Part shown: one piece after another, positions 38,045 to 49,779 of the stretch
Layout: every line of letters starts with the position of its first letter
How positions within the stretch are numbered: position 1 is the stretch's first letter
Origin: Vermamoeba vermiformis
Lineage: Eukaryota
NCBI GenBank assembly: GCA_045837725.1
Contig: JBEWZL010000162.1
Coordinates: 62,001 to 126,000, forward strand
DNA length: 64,000 bases
Direction: 5' to 3'
Made by a program: the position numbers and the translations under genes
The notes under the pieces: generated by a model
Database searches by the model: none
Seen by the model: the letters and a program-made list of their open reading frames with translations, nothing else
Told to the model about the DNA's origin: nothing

Positions 38045-39077
38045 TTATTGAAACAAAGCTTCGTTTGACGGGCTGTTGTTTTCTTCAAAGAGCTCACCGT
38101 TTGCTTGACACAGTTCCTGAGGCACGCCGAGAGCTTGAATAAACATAAACAATTCCATGCCACGAGTCATTCCGGGAGGCATTTGTCCGAGTGGAATGTT
38201 ATTGGTGTTGAAAGATACTCTGGTACCAGCCAATAGCGAAAGTACCGCATCCAGAGTCGGATAATAAAGTGTCATGAATTCGCCGTCTTCAGTGTATGTA
38301 GCAGCACATAACTATACAAAAAACGTATTCAGCGTGAGTGATACGGAAAAAATTTAATTTTCAGTTTAATAATAAAGATAAATATATGGAAGCGGCAATA
38401 AAAGATTTTTTGTTAGGTGGATGTAATACTTACTGCCCACGAATTGGTGGCGTAACTCTTCACGAAGTACCTTACGACTGGATGTCGTTCCGGTTGGAAC
38501 GGATTGACATTTCCAACGTCCATATGTTCCATGCGCACTTCTACTATAGCAGAGCTAGGTCCAACGAGAATAAACTCCGAGGCAAACGCTTGCAACTCAG
38601 CTAGCTCGTTCTCGTCCGCATCCAGCGGTGTCGCCAAGTTCTGGTGCTCATAGGCAACAGCACTATTAGGATTGATGTTCTTTCGATAGGCAGTTAGAGT
38701 GTTAGCAGAGGGAGCGGGACCAAAATCGAAAAATTGCAGCGTTGCGGGATCAACTCTGGTGGCTTGGTTTAGGCTTTGTAAATACGCAACTCGGGCCTGG
38801 AGTGGCTTGTCGGTTTGAGTTAGTGTTGGATTAACGAAGTTGCTCGGGCCAGTGTAGAATCTGTGCGTTGTAATGGCGGCATCCAAGGTTCCCGCTTAAA
38901 AATTTGAATCAGTAAACTGCACAAATAAATTCCAAATAATGATTATTTACCATTGTATAAGTTTCTGAACCATGTTTGAAGAAAGAGGCGCTTAAAATCG
39001 CTCTCAGTACCCTAAAAGATTTTTTAGTAAATAAATCGGAAGCAGCGAACAACACTTACGTTAGCTTGTTGGGCCAT
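38045..39077 (-). CDS. Hypothetical protein (4 exons, no recognised domain)
   Basis: ATG GCC CAA CAA GCT AAC|gtaagt. Exons splice in frame through ORFs 38413-38886 and 38045-38275. Confidence 0.7.
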
Positions 39078-39413
39078 TGTTAAGGTTGGTATGTGCTTTA
39101 GTTTTAGTGGTTTTTAATAATAAAATGTCAAATCTCATTTTATGTGTTTCGTTCGTGTCAAGATGAGAAAAATATCTCTTGGAAACGCTTGTATCTTTAG
39201 GACCACGAAAGATTGCACGACTGTTCTTGTGATCGACAGCTCACTAATCATTTATTGGCGCCGAAATTATGGAAGTGACGGCAAAGGCGATATTTATTTT
39301 TTGAGAAAGAACGAGGATTAAAAACGCCACGCAATTCACCCACGAAAATTTGCATAGGGTGAACACGAATACTTTCGTGCAAATTAATTATGATCGTTTC
39401 GGCGTGCATTTAA

Positions 39414-41968
39414 ATGGAGGAAGTTCATCATCAGGAAACAACGGCAGAAAAGCTGTGGAAGTACAACACTGCCACACAAGCAAACTGGAAAATCAACTGT
39501 ATGATTTAATTCTAATTTATTACCAACATATTATTGATTTAATGGTAATTTATGCTTAATCAAGCTTTTTTTTCTGATTGATCTTCCAGATGCCGACGAG
39601 GAGCTCTACGGTCTGATTTTTGAAGCATTAGCAGCTAACACTCGTGTAAAAAAATTGAAAATTCTTTGTAATTGGGCAGGTGGAATTAAGAATGAAACCT
39701 TGTTCAAACTCGCAGATGCGATCGAAAGAAATAATTCGTTAGAATGCTTATCCTTGCACAGTAAGTAGCAGACTAAATTTGACTTCAATCATAACATATT
39801 TTAGAATTATTAGAAGATACATCGCAGGGTATTGCTGCTGTTTTAACGGCATTTGCGAATAAACCAAAAATTAAGCGCTTAGATTTTGGTAAGTAAAGCT
39901 TATTAATTGATTACTTTATATATATGAGTTATTAATGACGCTGTTTTAGAATTTCAAGAGGAAGTAACGCCGCTTGAATGGGATGCTTTGCTTAATTTTT
40001 TGCGAGCACATCCGCACCTACAGCGTCTTTCACTGCACAACGTTAATTTGACCGAGGAACAGACACTACAGCTAATTCAAACACTTAAAGAATATACAGC
40101 GCTTAAATACCTGGATTTAAGAGGTATTTTTTCATTATTTTTGGAACGCACATGCATTTGAAAGATATTTCTAACGATTATATCGTAATTAATACGTATT
40201 ATTTTCATTATAATATATTATATTATCATTTATTAAGCTGAATTGAGCAGATCAACCGAACGAGGAAACGATTGTCTCTGAGATTATGCAAAACACTATC
40301 AGTCTCAGCTTTATAATACCCAATTCTACCTCATTATCTGAAACAAAGCAAGAAAAAGTACGACATCAGCAAATGAATAGCATTGATTACCTTAAACAAC
40401 CTTCCGAACCGATTTTAATGCCAGATCTGACCGGCGAACCAACAATCAAACAGCTTTCAAACGATATATTACGAGTGATATTATGGCAGCTTAGTATCAA
40501 GTCCGTAGTAGCATTCAGAAAAGTTGACAAACAATTCTACAAGTTCACAAAAGACAACTCATTTTGGCGTGGATATTATACGACACATTTCTATAATATC
40601 CCTTATGATGTGTTGTTATTAACAGATTTGACTTATGGACTCAAACTTGTAACAGCGGATCTGACATGTGACATATTTAGAACATTTCCTTTTTGGGAAG
40701 AGATATTTATCAATTCTTTTCTTACTCGAAAGATAAGTCCTGCCGAGTACCCGGTTCAGCTCGGATTGCCTTTTATGGAAATAGTATATCGAACGTATCC
40801 TCAGTTGATTGGAACAGCCATTTCATCGGATTCGTTTGACGTACTGCCACCAGACCGAAAAATTTTCAAGTACAAAGACAGTCCTTATACCCAAACATGG
40901 TTTTTATTGTACGTCCATGGTTCACCAACTATGGCCTATCACTTAGGATTCGAAAAACTGGCGGACGGTCAATACAACGGAATTTTATTCAGAACACCGG
41001 ATTTTCCTGCAGGGTGGAGGGAAAGGTTTAAACACGCCGAATACATCTTTGACTGGTTTGCAGCGAAAAATGAAGCAGAATTTTCTCAGAAAATGAAGAA
41101 ATTATGCGAACCGTTCTTGGCTGCACGAGAGCAGACGAACGTATATACACCAAATCAGAATAGTAAAATATCAGAACTGCTACAAAGTTGCATTAACGAG
41201 CGCAAAGAAGCAATATCAGCAATCAATAACACAATAGAATTAGCAGCAAAGAATTTTTGCAACAGTCACGAACGCAACTTTGCAAACCCTAACCCTCGTT
41301 CAGAATTTGTTCAGCACGTAGAAAATTTAGTGAAGAAGTTCAAAGAGTTTACGGAGAGCTCGGAATCAGAAGTAGATCGATTGCATCAGAATATACCACC
41401 GAGATCGTCCTTCAACGAAAAATATTGGGACGGTCGGAAATTTCACAATTTTCACACGCATAGCTGGGAGTATAAAGACGAAAATACGAAGAAAATCAAG
41501 CAACCAAAGAATATTTTAATGAAGCAAAGAAAGACATCAAAATCAGTTCCAATAGCAGCCGTAATGAAATTCTACCGTGTCGTGCTCAACTTCATTTTGA
41601 TGCCTGTCTTACGAACATTTTGGCTAGCTGACATTGATCATCCAGACTACGAGATAGCAATGTTCTCGCGTTGTCAAGAAAGTTCGTTACCTTTGTATCG
41701 TCACCTCTACTATTCGAATCAATACGTTCCTTTCAGCGACGTTTCAATTGGTAAGGCACACCCTGCACAATGGCCAATGATCGCAATTGGCTTGGCACAG
41801 CAACTATTACCGCTAATGATTCCTGTGGCGAATGAATTAATGGACGGACATTCATTAGCGAGTACTCATAATGAAAGTATTTATCGCAAGTTGATTGACG
41901 TGTTGGATCTGATTCCCATAATTCCGTCAAGTGTCAAAATTTTCTTGCAAACGATCAATAATAAATAA
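39414..41968 (+). CDS. RNI-like LRR plus internal F-box protein
   Basis: Short exons with LRRs (NNSLECLSL, LQRLSLHN, LKYLDL), then a large exon with F-box LSNDILRVILWQLSIKSVVAFRKVDKQFY...DNSFW. Confidence 0.7.
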
Positions 41969-41975
41969 CTACGAT

Positions 41976-44900
41976 TTATTTTCTCGTTTTTCTTCGCTTA
42001 TTACTAGCAGAGCTATTTTCAGTCTGCTCGGTTGATTCTACTTGCTCGAACTTTCTTTTTGCATTTCTTGTTGAACGACGAGGTCTGTCGGTCAGTTCTT
42101 GCTCCTCATCAGCTGACTCTTCTTCTTCTGTTGTTATTAATCTGATTATTGTATTGTTGCTCTTCGTAATCCGGTTGAATAATCAATTCTTGATGTGCAT
42201 CAAGTTCTAGCGCATTGCCAACTTCAAACGAGACCGGTTTGAACATTATTCTGTGGAACTCAGTTAAATAATATTAAATAATATTATAGCTGCAAATTTC
42301 AGTCGAAATAATTAGCATTTGCTTTTATGTGTAAATTTCATTGGGTTTTCTTGAGTAGACGGTATTAAAAATTTTAGGTTTGAAAAGATTCAAACGTACC
42401 TGTAGCCCCTTGGTAGCACAATATTTCGTTCGTCATTTGGAGTTGCTAGTGCAAATACAGCAAATCGGTTGTAAAAAGCAGGCGCGCCCGAGAAAGCGAA
42501 CTGTTTTTGGTGGCCATGGTTGAGCACGTCTGCTCAAATCTTCAATCTCTGGTACTCCCTTGTAAATCAAATTGCTATCTTTGTCCAGCAATAATAGTTG
42601 GTCGAATTTGGGATATTCATTATATTTGAACTTAATCGTGCGCCACGTATTTGCTTTTGGATCCGAGTTGAACGCATCCACTTCGTAGAAAATCTCGCTA
42701 TTTTCTTTAATATTCTTCATTTTCTTACGAATGTTTTCCAATTTGGCTGTTTTTGTCGGTATATCAACACGTGACACCTATATAAACAATTGTTAGTCGA
42801 GTCTAGGGCATTTCCTTATTAGGAAAGGCGATTTTAGTGAAATTTACCATGTAATCCTTCGTTTGATTCTGTTCAGTGAAAAAATCGATTCCGTTTCTGG
42901 CCAGTTTCATACGAACTTCAAACAATCGACCTTGGCGGTGATAATATTTTTCCTTTTTTGTCATATGCTTCAAATCTAACGCGCAAAAAAATTAAAAAAA
43001 ATTATGCTATATATGGTAATAAGTTGTTAATTAATTACCAGCGCCTAAAGAATTCTTCAAATAATCTTCGTACTGTACGTCTTCGCGCAAAATTGCAGCA
43101 GCCAATGCATTAGCCAAGTGTTCGTCCCTAATATTGAAATGGTTCTTAGAATTTTCGATTCGTAATGAAACAAAAAGTACTTTTTTGCAGGATCAACGAG
43201 CGGCAAAATTAGTTGGACGACAGCGATCAATCGATCCTTAAAATCGATTATAGGATCACTAGTGTACTTGACATGTATATTCTTCCGCGGAATTACTTCC
43301 AATAACGGGCCACCTGAGCAGAATTGTTAGGCAGTATTTTTTATGTAATTATTTCTAGTTTTCAAAACCTGATCCAGGCCAATTTCTCGTACTTTTTAAT
43401 TAAGGGACGACGTGATTTAATATTTTTCCTAATAATTAATGCGGAAACTTGGTCGGAATTTCGACAAAGAATGTAGTGTTTGAGTTTTTAGTAATTAATG
43501 TACATTTTAATGTATTTTTTGCTGTTTTTTGTCTTTTTTGCTGTGGTATCTCATGTAAATCTCCCAGCCAAGAGCTGCAAAGACCAACAGCATGCCAAAG
43601 AATGTGCGTCCCAATCCTTTTAAATAATTAAATAAAAAGAAAAACTCACCGTTATTTTGCCACTTGTCTCGCTGATTTTCTATCAACAATTCCGCCAACT
43701 CAAGCGCTGTACTTCGACACGCTACAACAACTATAGGATGACTGTTAATTAGTGGTTTAATTAATGAATGGTTTAACATACGTGCAGGAGTGGTAGCATC
43801 GTCTCCGTAATCATCGCCAATCACAGTATTTTTATCATAGTCGATTCCCTAGCATAAAATTAGCGGTTATAGCGTTGGCCCAAATCGTTGAAATTAATTT
43901 CCCGACCGGCCAGATCTTGGTAAGAATTTCAAAATCACCAACCGGGTTTGAATCGGGATAACTAACCAATAGGGTCAAAATGTAATATATTATACTACTA
44001 CCTACCTGCGCCAATAACCATTTGAATCCTTCAACTCTACGTTTGATTTCTTGTTCGACATTTTTGTTACCATGGTGCTGGATTCGACACATATGATGAA
44101 TTAATGAGCATTGAATGGTGTTATTAAATGCTATTCGTTCGGGTAAATCTCTATGGACATCGGCACCCAATTTCACCAGAAGATCCGCCGTCCTGATCTA
44201 AAAGTCAGAAATTGAATTAATGATGCGCATATTAATGAGTGCTTACGAAATATGGTTATTGAGAAGTGCGGCTAGTAACGGGGAATAATGCGTTTGATAA
44301 AAGAATTCTTGGTTGACGTCACATCCAACTTTGGTCAGCCAAATATTCAACGCAATCATTGTAACCTTTTCATTGAATCAGTTTATAAAAAATTTAATTA
44401 ATTCATAATGTTAATACCGAAATAACAGCACTGGCCTAGCGGATTGCCGAAGAGGGAGGGGTTGCCGTTTACGCTCGTTAATTCGCAGAATAATTTTCGC
44501 TCTTCATGCCAATATTTAATCTTGTAAATTAAGGTAAGAAGGAAATATATAAATAACTTATAATTACCTCAGCTAAGTTGCCTTGAAGTATGCCGGCTAC
44601 AAGCAAGAATCGTTTCTTATAATTCTGCGGATCGTTTTCATTCGTGTAAAATGGGGCTAAAAATAATCTATCTTCGCTGGTTAAAGAGGCACCTTTATCG
44701 TCGGCAAAATTATCAGCATGATGACTGATTAGCAACTCAACCTGAATTTTAAAAATTAAATCACTTTTAAAACAAAGTTTTTGATTAGAGACGTACGGCT
44801 TTGGCGTCTCGCTGCTGGGCTGCAATATTTATTAGAGTAATGTGCCGACACCAGCCGATTTTATAATCCCAAGTGTTAGGGTTTGGCTCTAATAGAAATT

Positions 44901-45023
44901 ATTAGAAAAATCAAAGGATCAAGAAGCCGTACTATTTTCAATCAAATATGATTCCAATCCTGCATAATCTCGCTCTTCAATTAGTTTCTTCAAATTTAAC
45001 ACGTGTCGTTCAATTTCGTCCAT
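41976..45023 (-). CDS. Ankyrin-like repeat protein with uncharacterised C-terminal domain, copy A
   Basis: MDEIERHVLNLKKLIEERDYAGL, ankyrin-like DLLVKLGADV, conserved SEIFYE...LLLDK...YKGVPEIEDL...LPKGY. Ends NKRRKTRK*. Confidence 0.75.
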
Positions 45024-45176
45024 TGTGTTGTCCTAAATGAAAAAGATTTGGTTCCGTGAGCCCCAGAAAAAACCCACGTGCTTTCTTTCGGTGAATACGC
45101 TTTTTGGGATTAATTTTTATTAAAACTAAAATTAGTGTTGCGTCTTGTTACGCCTCTGTCATTGATCAAAGCAAGC

Positions 45177-46807
45177 TCAGATCTTTGAAAACAAGATCAA
45201 GGCAACAGTAAGCAATAATGATATTCCACTTAAGGATATTACGGAGCTGCTACTAACAGTCTTTCCCGAAGGAGAAGTGGTCGTAGTCGTTGGAGGACGA
45301 GGACATGTCAGCGTTGAAGTGCACGTGACACTTGGAGACAATGCACGATTGAACTCGAATGTTACTGACAGCGAGTAGTCGTCGACACCAGCACCCGTTA
45401 TTGACGCGTCCGTTGTGTATACGTCGCATTGATCGTTGATTGAGTATGCATTCGATGATGACACGTCAACTTGACACGATGACACTTGTTGATTGAGACA
45501 CGTGGCGTTGATCGGTTGAGCGACGCAAAGTGGCACTGTGTAGAATTGATAGCCAAAAAAGCTGCCAGCTGTCGTCACCAACGTCAAAACCAAACTGTCA
45601 TCAGACACGGCCAGCACATTAGCGAGGACACCAATGTCAGGTGTTGAAATCTTTGCAACAAAAGTCCACGTGTTGTTGCGTCGTTGAACAACGATAGCTC
45701 TGCCAATTGGGGTACTAATTGTGACAGTGCCGCGCTTGCTCGTTTGGTCTGCAGTTTGATAAGGGAACTCCGAAGACCAGTGTGTCCGCGTTAAGTACTG
45801 CAAATGAGTCGTAGCCGAGATTGGGATCAGCGCCAGTAAGGCCGACTTGCGCGGCTGTGATGACTTGAGGTGTTTGCCAGACATTGTTGACCTTCGAAAC
45901 GAACACGAGGACGCCGGGAACAGTGGAGGTTTGGTAGGTGGTGACTGGGTACGAAAAGACAAGGGTGTCAATGCCATTGAAGTATAAGTTGAATGGTTGT
46001 ACGCCGTCAATTGGAGAGTTGAACAAAAAGCTGTCAGTTTGCTTCCACGATCCGTCTTGTTGACGCGAGTAGATAAACACGTATGATGAAGTATTGAGCC
46101 AAATAATGTAGTTGTCGTCTATAACGTACGAATTGAACGGAAATCCACGGAGAGTGATGTTCTCGGCGTACAAATCCAGGACCTTCAGACCAAGTCAAAT
46201 CCGTTTCGTTGAGCATTAATGAATTGAAACTAGAAGTCGAAACATCAAATCGAACTAGCGTATTGTCTGATAGAAGGGCTGGTGCATAATCGGTCGGCTC
46301 GATAGTAGTATTACTAACGACGTTATCGTTCGCATCCAAGTTGAAAAGTGTAACTCCACGAGAATGCCAGCCGCCCATCCATTTGCCATTATTAAGAGCC
46401 GTATATGGGATCGATGTGGTTCCAAAACCAGGGCCGACAGCTACTTTCTTGTATCCTGCAGGGCTTTCTCTGAAAACGAACCAAGCGCCAGATGTGCTGC
46501 TCTCGACATCCGTCAAACCAACCGTCACAATTGTGCCCTTATGAGAGCTAACTGGTATGAAGGTAGAGGTAGACCAGACGAATGTTTCTGAGTTATTAAC
46601 TGGCCGCAAGTGCTGAAAATTAATAAATCAATTAATTTTAAATTAAAACTAATTTATATCAGCGAGAAATATTATTTATTCTATTGCCAGGACACTGTTA
46701 ATGAGAAAAAAACGTATATATCCTGTAAAAAAAAAGCCTACCAGAAGATCCGTTGCTGAAACTACTGCAACGACCAAAACCAAACCAAACACTATTTTCT
46801 TCAACAT
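45177..46807 (-). CDS. Secreted, probably GPI-anchored surface protein with beta-rich (propeller/FG-GAP-like) repeats
   Basis: Signal peptide MLKKIVFGLVLVVAVVSA, one intron, Thr/Ser stalk and hydrophobic C-terminus. Two +1 frameshifts at ~46177 and ~45764. Confidence 0.7.
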
Positions 46808-47087
46808 TCCAATTAAAGTTTGTGTTTGCACGATTGTGCGGCTCAATAAATGCGGTAAGTTGCATTTTGCAACTTTTTTGGTGACAATTTGACACTCTAC
46901 CAGGGCCGAAGAAAAAGCGGGATTGGTTAGCTTCAAAATACGCATGGGCAAGGTTCGTCTAAAAAGCCATGACAATGCCTCTAGTCATGACGCCGATGCC
47001 GTAGCAAAGACAATTAATTGCGCGTAGAAATGTCAGCAATTTGGATCCTCGTTGTTTTGCCGTTGTTACCTTAAAAAGATAGATGGT

Positions 47088-49744
47088 TTATTTTCTCGTT
47101 TTTCTGCGCTTATTGCTCGTAGTTTGCTCTTCATTAGTGGCTACTTGATCAATTGTGCGCTTTGATGTTCTCGCTGAACGACGAGTTCTGCCACTGTCTT
47201 CTGACTCTTCATCTTCATTTAACTCAACATCTTTTTTCTTATTTTCTCCTCGTGTTGAACGACGGCGAGGTCTGTCATCACCTTCAACGTCGTCAAATCG
47301 ATCAGCGTTTTTGCTCTCATTGCTGCTAGTGTTCGGATTGTACATGATTCTGCATCGAATTAATAAATAAACCGTTTTATAAAATTTCCTAATATGGTGT
47401 CTATTTCAATTTAATAAGCATATAATATTTTTGTTATACTGAATTGAGATTATTAATGAGGGATGGATTATTCAAAAACGGACCTGTAACCCTTGGGCAA
47501 GACCAGATGTCGCTCGTCAAATTTGGTCACTTGCGCAAATACGGCAAATCTGGTGAAAAAAGGCAGGATCGCTCTTAAAAGCTGTGGTCATTTCACCAGG
47601 TTTTGACTGTCAGATCCAGCACCAAGTCTTCGATTTCTGGTACACCTTTGTATACCTTGCCATTGTATTTGTCGAGCAATAATATTTTGGTCGTTTTAAC
47701 ATAACTAATGTAATTACGCTCGATTCTGGCCCAATGTTCGTAGTCTTTTGGATCCGTATTCTTAGCTTCAATCTCGTAAAATATCTCGGCTGATTTTGGA
47801 ATAATATTCTTCATTTGCCTTCGTACGCCTTCAATAATGGCCGTTTTTCCCGCTAGTTCTACTCGAGTGAGCTAATTATAAATTTTTTTTTTAAGTGATC
47901 CGTACACCTGATATTGTAAACTACGTTTCTTACTGTGTATCCATGAGCCTCGTTTTGTTCGGTGAAAATATCAACACCGTTGCGAGCTAATTTCAAGCGA
48001 GAAGCAAATGATCGACCTTCGCTAATTGCGTACTTGTGCTTTTTGGTCACATTTTTTAAATCTATTTTACCAACCACCCGTCAGTGCCTATTCGCACTAA
48101 TTTGCAATTGTAATCTACCTACCAGCCCCTAAAGTGTCACGGTAATATCGCTCGAGCGTGTCATTTTGATACAAAATTGCCGCAGCTAGCGCATTGCCCA
48201 AATGTTCGTCCCTAATAACATCATTAATATGAAGTACTGTCGAAATAAAAAATAATGTTTTTAACGTACTTCCTCTCGGGATTAACCAATGGCATTATCA
48301 ATTTAACGAGAGCGAATGTTTTCTCTGGAGTACTGGTGAACACTCCACCCAGCGGAATTACTTCCAATAAAGGTCCTCCTATACATAATATTCGGATTAA
48401 TATAGCACTCAACATTCAACTTCAATCTCGCGGCATTTGCGACGTACCGTGATTCATCCATTTTTCTCGTTGATCACCGTGATTTAGGAGTAATTCGGCT
48501 AATTCGTAAGTTTTACTGCATGCAATAACGACTGCAAAAGCGTTAATTTTTTTCAATTGTCATTACTAAGAAATTATTGTTAGGAAAGATCCGTTACTTA
48601 CGTGACGGAGCATCATCGAAATTGGTATTGTAGTCATCACGAATGGTCGTATTTTTATCAAAATCAATGCCCTAATAGCGGTAAATAATTATTATCGTTG
48701 TTATAAATGGATTACTATTTGAAGAAGGCAAGCTGACTTGTTTCAAAGCCCATTTCAGTCCTTCAATTCTGTTCTTGATATCGTCCTCAGTGAGTCCAAA
48801 AAAGGAATTCATATGCACAAGGTGATGTATTAAAGATCGCTTAGTAGTTGATTGGTATGTAAGCGGGTCACTAATTTCTCGATCCGGATTCGCTCCGAGT
48901 TTGAGCAATAGATCAGCAGTACTAAACAATTTAATAAGCCAAAAATGAAATTTCGTACGAATCTTACGTAATATGACCATTGCATAATGCTGCTTTTAAC
49001 GGCGTGGTCCGGTTAAGTTCCTCGTTAACGTCACATCCAACTTTGTCCACTAAATACTCCACGCAGTCATTATAGCCTTCCAAAACCATTATTAATACAG
49101 TTTAAATAGACTATTAGGCTGTATTTAAATTACCAGCACTGCTTGAATAGATCAGAGGAGTCATAGTTGTGTCACGAGTGAATGCGCTGGCGAATTTGAC
49201 GAGCAGATCTCGTTCTTCGTGCCAATATTTCAACTAATATAATGAGACATTAATTAATTACATGCGAAAAATTTTGAATTTTACGTTTGAGGGCTTACTT
49301 CCGCTAGGCTACCGCGGAAAATACTATATTTAACTAAAAGCTGTCTGTTAAAGGATAGACGATCGTTTTCATCGTTGTAAAACGAAGCCAAATATAGCCT
49401 ATCATCGGTCGTTAACGATATGCCCTTGTCATCGAGAAAGTTGTCGGCAGAATGGTGGATCAGTAACTCGATCTGAAAAAATTAATTAAATTCAATTAAT
49501 TGTAGAAAATAAATCCTTACCGCCCTTGCATCGCGCAATTTTGTAGCAATATTTATTAACGTAATGGCAGTGCACGATCGAAGTTTCTCTTGCCAAGAAT
49601 TCGGATTAGGCCCTTCAAAAGATCTAATTCAGCAAAACACCGCAACGACAATCATTCGTTACTATTGGCAATTAAATATGCCTCCAGGCCAGCGTAATTC
49701 TTTTCTTCGATTAACTTTTGCAAATTTCTTGCGTGTTGCTCCAT
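47088..49744 (-). CDS. Ankyrin-like family, copy B
   Basis: MEQHARNLQKLIEEKNYAGLEAYL. Same exon pattern and motifs as copy A. Ends NKRRKTRK*. Confidence 0.75.
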
Positions 49745-49779
49745 AGAGGATGTGACAAAAATATTAAAGTTTGTTTACA

